From Eledone cirrhosa (lineage: Eukaryota): a stretch of 64,000 bases of DNA. Every line of letters begins with the position of its first letter. Positions within the stretch are counted from its first letter, which is position 1. A program made the position numbers and the translations under genes. Shown piece after piece: positions 11,098 through 24,591 of the stretch. The stretch spans positions 127,162,001-127,226,000 of the forward strand of contig OZ024743.1 of the NCBI GenBank assembly GCA_964016885.1, in the 5' to 3' direction. A model generated the notes under the pieces. That model saw only the letters and a program-made list of their open reading frames with translations, ran no database searches and was not told the origin of the DNA.

Positions 11098-14000
11098 TTA
11101 TCTCTTTCTCTTAATTTCGAGTATATTTTTTTGACCGGCCACCTTCCTGGTGGCAAGGTTGTAAAATAAAAGAAATTGTCATCCCTTGAATCGCAAGAAT
11201 GTTTTGCAAATTTTGAAGGTGCCAGCTATCGCAGCCATTTGTAGACTATGAATTAGGGAGCTGCACTTTTTGTCCGCAAATCCAAGTTCAGTCATACAAA
11301 TCCAAGTTCAGTCATACGTAGCTCCAATAATGATGGGTATGAAGCTAAAGGTGTATCTTGGATACTGGATTTGTAAACTCCTCATCAATGGTCCGTAGAT
11401 GTCCTCCTTCTCCTGTATTTTTCTGACAGCGTTTACATCAAGTGGGCAGCTGATCTCCACAACAGAACACGTTTTCAATGTGTGGTCCCAAACTACAATA
11501 TCAGGCCGGTTGTGCTTTAATTTGGTGGCAGTTTTTATTTTCAGGTTCCACCAGTATTCCTTAGTGCCATCTGTCTCAATATATTCTTCCTCGTTTGTTG
11601 TTAATTTTGTTTTCCGAAGTGCGTTCCAGATGGTTCTAGCTATCCCATCGTGTCTCATGGGGAGGTAGTAGCGAGATGACATTCTTTCGCAGCTGGCAAC
11701 AATGTGGCTTACATCCTCGATCTTTGTTTTACATAGCCTACATTTATTGTCAGCTGCTGGCCCTCCTCTTTTGTGCAGCAGATATTTGGTAGGGAGTTCT
11801 GTATTGCATAGAGATATCCCTCAAGGTGTGATGTCATAAACTTGTCGAAACTCCATGCCAGGCTTTGTGAGTGGTTTATCCCCTCTATGGTCAGTGTTTT
11901 ACGCCTCAAGTATCCATGCACAACTTTTTCTGTAAATTGGTCAATTTTTTTATCTTGTTTGAACATTGAATAGGATCTTCCGATTTCTCTGGGTGAGAGA
12001 TTTATATCAGGCTTTATTCCATATCTCTCCTCCAGATCAGTCGCTATTCTAATGATATTTTTTTTTCATGCTCATAAACCTGGGCAAGATGGTTGCCAAT
12101 CTTTTTCCTCTGTTGAAGGTGTTGCTTCAGTGTTACTATCCGGGTCTCATATGTTGTTAATATTGATTTTAGACCCCGGCCACCTTCCTTGCGTGAGAAG
12201 TATAACCTATCCACATCACCATTGATGTTAAAGTTCCCAGTAACACAGAGAAGTTTGCGAGTTCTAACATCCATCTCACTTAGTTCTTGCAATGACCAGT
12301 TCAGTAGGCCAAATTTTGGCGTTAGAATTGGCACAGCATAAGTATTGTGGGCAATGTATTTGTTGTATGCTGACAGTTCTGATGACCATATTTTCTTTAC
12401 TCTTCTGAGGTATTCAGTTCTGGTTCTCTCCTTATTTATGGGTCCATCATATCTCACATTCTCATCCTGTCCAAGATATCTGTAGTTGTCACCTGACTGC
12501 AGAGGTTGTATTGTCAGGCCGTTCATCTCTAGATTTCTAGAGGAGGGCACAGCTCTTTCACGTTTTATTGCCAAATATGCACACTTGGACTCACCAAATT
12601 TCATTTTGATGTCGGTTGAAAATTGTGTAATGAGGTACAATTGTTGTCATTGATATTTGGCCCATACAACTTCAGGTCATCAACAAAGAAAAGATGGGAG
12701 ATACTTCTGGGCCCACTTCTTTGTCCACCCTGTTTCCTGAGTAGGTAAGATAGTGGATTCAGTGAGAGAACGAAGAGTAGCACTGACAAGCTATCACCCT
12801 GAAAGATGCCCTTCTGGTAATGTATCTTATCAGTCTTAACTTTCTCCTTCTCATCTCTAAGGATCAAATTGGTGTACCAGTTCTTGGTCAGGCGTTCAAC
12901 AGCAGCTACCAATGGTTGTGGGACTTTAGCTAACTGTAAAGCCTTAACAATCCACCCATGAGGTACACTATCAAATGCTTTTTGATAGTCCAGCCACACG
13001 ACAGTCATGTTTCTGCGATTCTTTGTTGTTTTTTCCTGAATCATTTTGTTAGTTAGTAGGTGATCTATGCAACCCCACACCTCCCTCTTTCCACCAGCTT
13101 GCTCTCAGGTGTTATGATGTTGTTGGTATCACAGTGATCCTGTAAGAACAGGTTAAGGCACCCAGTATATAATTTATACATGATGTTTTGGCAGGCTATT
13201 GGGCGGTAATTTTTAGCAAGGGTGGTTTGGTTATTTTGGGGAATGAGGAGAGTAGAGGCAGTTGATAACCATCAGGGCAGTTCTTGTGTGCCCTTAATGG
13301 TTTCTGTAAACAGCCGTATGAGATCTTGCCGATAGAAAGTGAAATTCTTCAACCAGTATCCTGTAATGAGGTCTGGGCCTGGCGATTTCCTATTCGACAT
13401 TTTCTGTAGAGCTGTTTCCAGTATTGACCCATCTATGTCATATTGTTTTGTCTGGACATGTTGGCAGTAGTCCTGTTCCAGTTCTTTCAGCCAATTAGCT
13501 TGTCTGTTGAATCCGTCATCCGTTTCCCATACAGATCTCCAGTAGCTCTCAACCTGTTCTTTTGAAGGGGTGTCATTTACAGAGATTGAGCTTTTTCCAC
13601 CGAAGCTGCGATAAACTGATTTAGGATCTCTGGCAAACAATCTATTTAGCACTTGTCGTTTATGTGCTGTTGACTTATATTTCAGTCTTTCTGTTGTAGC
13701 TGTGAGTTGTTGTTTCAACTGGTGTAATTTGGAGTTCAAAGTTTTAAATTTTGTATCTCCAAATCGTCTCTCTAACTTTTTCTTTAGGTCTTCCTGGTGT
13801 CGTGTGAAGTTGCTCTCTATGTTGCATTTCATAACGACTGCGATGTGTGAGATACTTCGTCTCAGGGACAAAATTTTGGATTTTAAATTTCGCATCCACG
13901 CTGGTTCAGGCTTTCTGCTTGTATCTTGATTGCGTGGTTTTAGATGTGTGTTATATGATAGCAATGTGACAGCTGAAACATATAACAAAACATTAAGCGT

Positions 14001-15650
14001 TTCAAATGTCGTTTCTACACCTTTAGATCGTATAGCCTTCAGATAACTGCCAGCTATTTCGTTCACCGCTTCCAATTCCAATTTAGTGGGTTCTTTACTG
14101 ACTCTAGTGTTGTATGGTCTGTCACTCACATTAAGGCTGTGTATCTCTTGAAACATATCGTTCCATATCACTTGTAGGGAGCCCACAAGTTTTTGGTGCT
14201 CTGTTTGTTCAGTAGAGTCATGAATTTCAGCCTCGTTGTTGATGTGGTGACAATTACTACTAGAGTCAGCTGACCTTTCTCGCTGTTCTTCAGTGGAAGT
14301 GGGATGGATTTCAGCAAAATTGTTGATGAGCTGTTCACTGGCCATTCTCTTTGTCTGTCAGTGGAGGTGGGGTGGTTGTCTACAAGGGCTGTATTTGTGT
14401 ATCACTCAATTCCGTTAGATGTATCAATTTACATATAATGATACGTTTTGCCTGTTCATTTAAATGCTTTGGAGAAAAGTCTAATTCTGGATGTTTGGAG
14501 TTCCATAAAGTTTTTAGCCTTTGCATAAAACCGAACTTTTGGGGTTCAGATTGTTTGTATGCTTCATATAATACTTTGTTAAGCTCGTAGCTCCACTGTG
14601 TACAACGGTTGTAATTGCGATTTGGTCGAAGGAGACTTGTACTTTTTGCCATGATGAGTTCGTCTATTCACTAATATTTCGTATTTATTTTTCAAAATAG
14701 TCGATGATCTTCTTTAAAAGTTACGACAAAGTTCTCTCAGAATCAAATTTAAAGTTATTCACAGCTTGGGTAATACTTCTTTTCAGTTAGTTTTTAATTC
14801 TACAACTGTGTTTTAAACGTTGTTCTTGAATCGTTTGAATCGAGAACAAAAAGAACCGTTACTTAGTATATTCCTTTATGAATGTAATATAATATAACAA
14901 CGTTGTATTTATATGTTAAAGTTTATGTATCATTCATATAAATAGGTGTTCTACAACCTATTCACAACATATTCACAGTTCAAACACTTATATTTTTGTT
15001 TCTGAATCGAAAATGTTACTTGTATACTTCTTTATAAATGTAATATAACAACGTTGCATTTATATGTTAAAGTGTATGTATCGTTCATATATCATAAGTG
15101 TATGTATCTATAGCGAGGGTACTGGGTTGCATGAATGTAACAAGGAATACTTTGTTTGTGTAGATATATATTTAATTAACAATGGTAGATAGTATAGTTG
15201 TCATGTCAAAGGAATAGATGTTAGAATGAAGCAAAGTTAGTAGTTACCGTTTTGATTGCCAGGCAAACGCGGCTGGCAGATGACGCCTGGCTAAGGCCAG
15301 CCAGGCGCCAGGAAGGCCAAATGAGAGGCTCTTGGCCTGGTGCCGAAAAGGCAATGAGAGAATGAGAACCTAAAGTTGTTAGTTTTATAGGGTTCTGACC
15401 GGAAGTTACAGAAAGGGTTCTACTTCCCGTCTGGATGTTAATCCAAACAAGGGAGACAACCGCTACATATCGTTCATATAAATAGGTGTTTTACAACACA
15501 CTTACAGTTCAAACACTTATGTAGAATTATTGTATGTAACCTTACCGCGTAATGTAGCTCAACTTTTTCCAATATATGGTATGTTGCCTTCATGTAAGCC
15601 GTAATTACACACGTCCGATTATCGGACACTGACCACAACGGTTGCCATTT
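11098..15650 (-). mobile_element. R4/Dong-like RLE non-LTR retrotransposon, apparently full length, frameshifted
   Basis: One broken ORF, ~14652 to 11179. RT motifs: KSPGPD, WLDYQKAFDSVPH, GIFQGDSLS, HLFFVDDLK. CCHC finger: CRLC..EDVSHIVASC. RHD and RPD..VEISCP restriction-like endonuclease motifs. (ACAT)n on both flanks. Confidence 0.9.
15109..15467 (-). mobile_element. Solo LTR (Gypsy-like) with 4-bp TSD TATC
   Basis: Reverse complement of 16000-16372. Termini TGTAGCG...CGCTATA. TATC at 15105-15108 and 15468-15471. Confidence 0.85.
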
Positions 15651-15680
15651 TATGTATGTATGTATGTATGTATGTATGTA

Positions 15681-15754
<74 letters not shown>

Positions 15755-15795
15755 CGAAAAACCTTAGATTACATTTATATATATATATATATATA
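15651..15795. repeat. (TATG)n, (TG)n and (TA)n microsatellites
   Basis: Seen directly. Confidence 0.95.
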
Positions 15796-15915
15796 TAAAT
15801 GTAATCTGAGGTTTTTCGAATATTAGTAATAACGTTCGAATCGTTTGCAATTTTGCAAACAAGCCTCAATTTTATAGCCATGTCAGTAGCTCTGACAGTT
15901 TAGCAGGTAAACAGT

Positions 15916-15965
15916 GAGTTGTACTGATGAAGGGTGATACCCAGAAATATTAGTGTCTGCAGTTC
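15916..15965 (+). ncRNA. Type I minimal hammerhead ribozyme motif (Penelope pLTR-type), decayed
   Basis: GAGTTGTA-CTGATGA-A-GGGT GAT ACCC-A-GAAA-TATTAGTG-TC-TGCAGTTC. Stem I pairs over 8 bp with G-U pairs. GTC cleavage triplet is present. Confidence 0.65.
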
Positions 15966-15999
15966 TGTTCGCATACCAACACAAGAGCAAGAATGAAGT

Positions 16000-16372
16000 T
16001 GTAGCGGTTGTCTCCCTTGTTTTGATTAGGATCTAGACGGGAAGTGGAACCCTTTCTGCAACTTCCGGTCAGAGCCCTATAAAACTAACAACTTTAAGCT
16101 TCCTTTCTCTCATTGCCTTTTCGGCACCAGGTCAAGAGCCTCTCATGGGGCTCTGCCATTCATTTGGCCAACAGGCGCCTGGCCTTAGCCAGGCGTCCTC
16201 TGCCAGCCACCATTGCCTGGCAATCAAAACGGTATCTACTAACTTTGCTTCATTCTAACATCATCCTCATCTTTGACATGTCAACTATACTATCTACCAT
16301 TGTTAATTAAATATTATACACACAAACAATGTATTCCTTGTTACATTCATACAACCCAGTATCCTCGCTATA
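16000..16372 (+). mobile_element. Solo LTR (same family as 15109-15467) with 4-bp TSD AAGT
   Basis: Termini TGTAGCGG...CTCGCTATA. TATAAAA box at ~16078. AAGT at 15996-15999 and 16373-16376. Confidence 0.87.
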
Positions 16373-16483
16373 AAGTCTTCATTCTACTGACATGGCTATA
16401 AAATTGAGGCTTGTTTGCATAATTGCAAACGAATCGAATGTTATTATTAATATTCGAAAAACTCACATTACATTTATTATATA

Positions 16484-17330
16484 CTAGCTGAATGGCCCGG
16501 CGTTGCTCGGGATTTGCTATAGGGTTCTTATATATTTGATATATATTTATCCTTATCGAACCTCGTGAAATAAATACGTTTGTTCATATTTTGTTATTGT
16601 GTATGCAAAAATATCTGTCCATAAATATATAATTATATATATATATTAAAATAACAGACTAAAGTTTAAGCAAAGAATCACTGCTTTCCCCCTTAACGGG
16701 ATATTCTACCTAAAAGCAGTATGAAGTAAATACACTAAGACTAATTGATGTAATCTTTGGCCTTGTTTCTTTATATTTTGTTTTTGTGTATGCAAAAATA
16801 TCTGTACACGAATATCTATATTAAAATAACATATTAATGTTTAAGCAAAGAATCGCTGCTTTCAACCTTAACGGGATCTTTTTAAACTAAAAAAATCAAT
16901 CTGGAAAACAAGAAGACGATACTTTGGTTCGTGAAGACGTTCCCTGGCATAAGAATATACACACACACACTGATCGCGTCATAATGACGTAATGCAGACA
17001 GTCAGGCATACAGACAGATATTATGAAGGCGCGACGGGGTCGATAAAATAAAGTACCAGTAATGCACTGGGTAATTGCTGGCCTTGTGCCTAAAGTAGAA
17101 ACAATTATGAAGGCGCGACATCATATCTATGTATCTATCTAAAAAGAGAAAGACTAAGAGAAAGAGAAAGAGATCGCTAAATCGCCTAATGCGTTCCCTA
17201 GGGCATTGAAAATTTGAAATTTTTTTTGCTCAAAAGACTTCCGGGGTCATACGAGTTACATGTATAAAGTTTGAAAAAAACCGGTTGGGTCCGTCTCGAG
17301 TTTTAGGGAAATAGACACACACACATCCTC

Positions 17331-17340
<10 letters not shown>
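16484..17340 (-). mobile_element. Non-autonomous Helitron
   Basis: Minus-strand 3' end CCCGAGCAACGCCGGG hairpin, then CTAG|T at 16484. Internal ~175-bp tandem units. The 5' end lies in (TA)n followed by AAAACAGAGGATGTGTGTG. Confidence 0.72.
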
Positions 17341-17388
<48 letters not shown>

Positions 17389-17470
17389 GTTATTCCGGGT
17401 TGAATCGGAGGTAACCACAGTAAGTAAGGTACTCAATACATAGCAGAGTATAACAGTTTTAATATAGATG

Positions 17471-17521
17471 AGATTCTACAGGACTAGAACTGTTTCATTC
17501 ATTAGAAATCATCAGGAATCT
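17471..17521 (-). ncRNA. Hammerhead ribozyme motif in a probable Penelope pLTR (~17390-17960)
   Basis: Minus strand reads AGATTC-CTGATGA-T-TTC TAAT GAA-T-GAAA-CAGTTCTA-GTC-CTGTA-GAATCT. AGATTC/GAATCT are complementary. Confidence 0.6.
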
Positions 17522-17989
17522 GGGTATCAAAAAATAAATATGGTATTTATAGGTCTCTACAAGTGGTAGGAGAGGGTGGGGAGTGGGATGGGTGCAGGTC
17601 ATTGGTTGATAGAAAAGGGAATTCATTAAAAGCTAATTCTACAAAGCTATAGTTTATTTTTATTTTTATTTTTATTTTTATTTTTATTTATTTATGTTTT
17701 TAGAGTAACAAGGGCAGACAGAATTCTATAAACAGGTTCCGGATGGCATACCATTCCTTGTCAATAAGTTTCTCTTAAGCTAACAGATGTCTATAAAATC
17801 AGTGGGGGGTCAGTCATGGTCGATAGAATTAAAGAAAAGGGAGATTCTTTAAAAGCTAAAGTCATTAAGGTTCTACTAAGTGACAAAGGTCTAGAGAATT
17901 CTGCAGACAGATTCAAAATACTGAGTGCATATCTTACTATTATCTTCGAACTTCTCTTAAACTAATCAACTATATGCCAAAAATCAACA

Positions 17990-18869
<880 letters not shown>

Positions 18870-18870
<1 letters not shown>

Positions 18871-19491
18871 ATACTACTGAAATTACACTTCCCCACACAA
18901 CATAGGTACTACACCATCTTTAATAAGAACACTATAAGACTGTCTTACTCCACCACACCTAACCTAGCTAGGAATATAGCCAACCACAATTCTAAACTAA
19001 ATAAGCCAACCACCTCCGAAACCAATCCCCGGACTGGGGCTCTATGTAATTGCCTAAATAAGGAAGCATGCCCACTTGAAAACAAATGCCTCACAAATGA
19101 CATCGTATACAAATGCGATGTCATCTCAGGCACCGAGGATTGCAAAAAAACTTACATCGGCATGACCTCCAACAACTTTAAGACCCGTTGGTATGCCCAT
19201 ACCCACTCCTTCAGAAGACCGGATAAATCAAATCAGACAACACTCGCCTCCTACGTTTGGGACCTCAAAAGGAACTCCACCCCCTTCACGCTTAATTGGA
19301 AAATACTCCAGAAAGCGCGCTCTTACAACGGAGGACACAAGGGCTGCGACCTTTGTATTTCAGAGAGCTACGAAATTTTATTCGCCAAGGGCCCGCTACT
19401 GAACAAACTCTCTGAACACTGCCCGAACTGCATGCACAAGAACTTTGCAACATTCAAACACTTTAAGCCAGTGTTAAAGCCCGATGGCTAA
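18870..19491 (+). mobile_element. Penelope-like element 3' fragment: C-terminal GIY-YIG endonuclease
   Basis: Translation [21 protein letters not shown]...[17 protein letters not shown]...CDLCISE..LLNK. Confidence 0.88.
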
Positions 19492-19639
19492 AAACGACCT
19501 CCCCCTATTGGCCTCTATACCTCCTCCCCCCCTACCCCCCCCCCCCTCCTCAACCTGAAATACGGCCACTATGGTTATGTGCGTACCTCTTTCGTATCTA
19601 CATTTTCTGCCTGTAGAGGTGTCTTTATGTGCCTGCGTA

Positions 19640-20725
<1,086 letters not shown>

Positions 20726-20732
20726 TGATCTG

Positions 20733-20940
20733 GATCAGAGCAAACATCACGGACGCTCTATCTCAAAATTATTTTTGAAAAGCATTAGCAATGCGCAACC
20801 GGTAAAACTTAAAACCAAAACTGAATACTAACCAATACAATTACTAATTCTTATTAATTCTTACTAATTCTCACTTATTCCTAATTAAACTATTTTTCAC
20901 TGTGAACAATTTGTCAGCATTTTCTATTCCGTTTACCAAT
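20733..20940. repeat. Unclassified dispersed repeat; inverted copy at 45011-45209
   Basis: About 200 bp reverse-complement match (GATCAGAGCAAAC...CCGTTTACCAAT). Both copies end at (TA)n. Confidence 0.8.
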
Positions 20941-20969
20941 ATATAATAACTTGTGTGTTACACCTCTAT

Positions 20970-21029
<60 letters not shown>

Positions 21030-21110
21030 ATAATAATAAATTTGAAGACTAAAATACAAAGAGGGCTCGATAAGGAAAAATATATCAAATATATAAGAAC
21101 TGTAGAGCAA

Positions 21111-21245
21111 ATATTTATTAAATAACAGATTAAAGTTTAAGCAAAGAATCGCTGCTTTCACCTTTAACAGGATCTTCTGAAACTCCCGTTAAGGGTGAAA
21201 GCAGCGATTCTTTGCTTAAACTTTAATCTGTTATTTAATAAATAT
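21111..21245. repeat. Near-perfect palindrome with 62-bp arms
   Basis: Arms 21111-21172 and 21184-21245 with two mismatches. The arm sequence matches the Helitron internal unit at ~16645-16700 and ~16820-16880. Confidence 0.9.
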
Positions 21246-21609
21246 ATATATATATATAAAGTTGTAGTTCCTGTCTATATATATAAGGTAGAAGAATGAA
21301 AAAAAAATAAAAAAATAAAAATGTTAGTATACCTTAGTCAGTTTTGAAGAAAGAAAAAAAATACATCTTACCCGTAAAAGGAGATACTCGATAGTTTTAT
21401 ATATAATGTTTGCAAACCTTACATTGCCTTTATTCGATTAACACATGTTTAGCCTGAACTAGAAAAAATTATTATTCTCACCGGAACAATGTGTTAGGAT
21501 AGGCAACGATAAATGTACTGACATATATATACTTAATTTATGTTTCTAGATCAATGATGCATGCAATTCGTGCATTATGAAAGTACAATAAAGAAATTAT
21601 TACACTTGA

Positions 21610-21880
21610 TTTAGTGGTTAGAGCATTGATTGGGCTTGCAATCGAAAGGTTGTGAGTTCAATTCTCGGACCGGGTGATGTGTTGTTTCCTTGAGCAAGGC
21701 ACTTTGTTTCACGTTGCTCCAGTTTACTCAGCTGAAAATGAGTACCAGTTAAAAGGTTTAATCCTGCGATGGACTGGCGTCCTGTCCAGGGGGGGAGTCT
21801 TGTGTTCTCAGTCGCTTCACGCCATGAAGCCGGGATAAGCACCGGCCAAATGAGCCTCCTGGCTTAAGACAGACTTTAGA
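21610..21880 (+). mobile_element. tRNA-derived SINE with CORE-like central region
   Basis: A-box-like TAGTGGTTAGAGC, B-box-like GAGTTCAATTC, then CCTTGAGCAAGGCACTT and AAATGAGTACCAG. Confidence 0.75.
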
Positions 21881-23753
21881 CTTACGGCCTGCCTGCCCAG
21901 CCAGTGGGATGGCGTCATCGTATGGCTAAAACAGCGCGCCGAATGGTGCCCGACATACTGGTCGGTCAAGGTGATCAAGGTGAATAAAGAAATTGTTTAT
22001 CAATATTGTTTTGGGTCAGACCTGCTAAAACAAAAAGGTAATGTGACGTAGTGGATGTTGGCGATGGAATGAATTGGTTTGTGTTTGTTGTTGTTTGACC
22101 GTAGAAGAGGTTCTAGTAGTAAGTAGTAAGTAGTAAGTTTGCTGGACGTAGAAATCCTCTCACATATAAGTGATGTGTGAAAATGACGATGGATGATCGA
22201 TTAAAACACGATTGTTACTAAAATATATATTTATTAAGTCCATAGCTTGCTACATAGACAATGTAATATAAACAAGTCTTAAATTGTGATAAAGGCGTGT
22301 ATTGAGTGATTTAGATTATAAATCATTCAACAGTGTCGAATGATTTATCCAGTGAGTTAGTGAGTTAGGTAAGTATCAGCCGTACTAAGAGTGAGAAATT
22401 TCATTTCATTTCATTCTTTTCCATTTATCGTTTTCGGTACGTCCAGCCGACTAACTCACTCGATATGCAAATTAGGCTGCTCAGCCGTTAATATGCATAA
22501 GGAAAGTATATACTTTCTGTGGGTATGGTGTGGCGTGCGGTGGCCGGAAGCGGGGGAGTGCTCGACCGGAAGGGTGTTTGGCCGGAAGGATGCTCGACCG
22601 GAAGGGCCAGCAGATCGGCCTCTCTCTAGTGGTGACCAGCAACGGTGTGGACGTGAGTTTTGGCAGCTCCCGGTGTTAATGAGTTGGACGCACGTGGAAG
22701 AGGAGAAACCAGCAGTGGGATTTAGCGGCGCCTATGAAAAGCGGTAAGTGAGATAGCCTTTTCTAATCACACTTTCAAACGTTCAATCATCTGACAGGAA
22801 GGTATACGGTGCTGACGATAGCTAATAAGCTTGAAACTAGTTCATCGTCCCTTTGTCAGTGTTGAACAAAAGGGCAACGATGGTTGCCGAACACTGTACG
22901 GCTTAATTCAGACTGTTTGTTTACAAACAAACCGAACATTATAATAAATGTTCGGTAAACCCATACGTACATATATATGTGTGTGCATGTATGTATATAT
23001 TTAACGAAGGGTTAAAAATGAATTACGAAATAGTTATTGTTAGAATGATTAACAAAGTTATTAGATGAAATAACTATAATAATAAGTATAATAAGAATAG
23101 GTGTAATAACGAGAATATAAAGAATAAATGATTTGGTTATATATGGTTTACTTCACATGAATCAATTAAAAGGTACAATAAACAAGTTACCATAAGTTGC
23201 AAAGATTGACAATATTATGTTGGTGTTGATGTGAGGCTGTTGTAGTCTGTTGTTGTTGTTGGTGTGAAAACAGCGAGCGACAGATAATTGTTGTTGTTGT
23301 TGTTGGAATTTGGGGTCCGTGGTAGTAGTTGTGAGACCGTAGTTAGTAAGAGAGAGAGATATGGTTTGTATACCTCTGTTATGGTCTGTCGTAACTGTGA
23401 ACTACCGTGGCCTGCAGACAGCGGTGAATCTTCCACATTTGTGTTCTGTAGTAGTAGGGTTCCAATCGCTCTGGGTGTATCTGTAGACCTCATGGGGTCT
23501 GTTGATAGTGGTGAATCTTTACATAGTTTGTTATAGGTGTAATGCGCCGATGTATCTGCTGAAATAGCTTGATACAGGCTCTATATATAGCTGTCACTTC
23601 CTGTCCTCCAACCTGAGGGGACAGCCCACGCATGAACTTGTTAACACAATAAATGTGGTGACCTAGAATTTGATCTTTAGGTGTCACTCAAGGTTCAAGG
23701 CGCGGATAGATTTCGCTACATTAGTTCCCTACCCAGATCGATACTGGAGCAGC

Positions 23754-24530
23754 GAATTTGCCAAGTAGGCAGTGATTTTTTCAATGTCTTGGAATTTAGT
23801 CCACGCTTGCTTTTTTCCATCCACTGAATTATTTTTGTATAAGTTCCCTGGGAACTTAGTTGAGAATTGACTTCCTGATGACGAAAGGCATTCTCCATGT
23901 GTTCCAATCGGAAACCATGTTTATTCCCTTTCAGAAACTAATTAGTTGGAGTGAAATTTTAGTAAGTAAGTTAATTTTTATAATTTTCTTATTTTACGTC
24001 TTTCATATAATTGTTCTGCATCCCCTTGCATTGAACCACAAAGTTACTAAGACAAAACCTATATATTTGCTAGCATAGGTATGCATCTGTATATATATGT
24101 TGGTAGATATACTAATTCTTTATAATTAACTCCAAATTATTTTGTTGAGCAAAAATTTGCCAAAACTGCTACTATAGTTCATAGTAATAGTTCGGCTACT
24201 GTCTTCTTAACACCCCACTCCCCACTGATTAACCTCGATGTCACGTGACTGATTCTTTTGAATTTGCCACCGACCAAGTAGGCAGTGATTTTTTCAATGT
24301 CTTGGAATTTAGTCCACGCTTGCTTTTTTCCATCCACTGGATTATTTTTGTATAAGTTCCCTGTGTCCAGGCATCGCCTGGGAACTTAGCTGAGAATTGA
24401 CTTCCTGATGACGAAAGGCATTCTCCATGTGTTCCATTCGGAAACCATGTTTATTCCCTTTCAGAAACTAATTAGTTGGAGTGAAATTTTAGTAAGTAAG
24501 TTAATTTTTATAATTTTCTTATTTTACGTC

Positions 24531-24539
<9 letters not shown>
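23754..24539 (+). repeat. Two ~260-bp direct repeats (23754-24009, 24260-24539), each with a hammerhead-like core
   Basis: Near-identical copies. CTGATGA..stem..GAAA at 23875-23914 and 24405-24444. Confidence 0.8.

Positions 24540-24589
<50 letters not shown>

Positions 24590-24591
<2 letters not shown>

Noticed and set aside
22040-23750. Possible minus-strand LTR or promoter (three CCGGAAG motifs, TATA-like and polyA-like words)
   Set aside because: No paired termini, TSD or coding homology could be established by eye.
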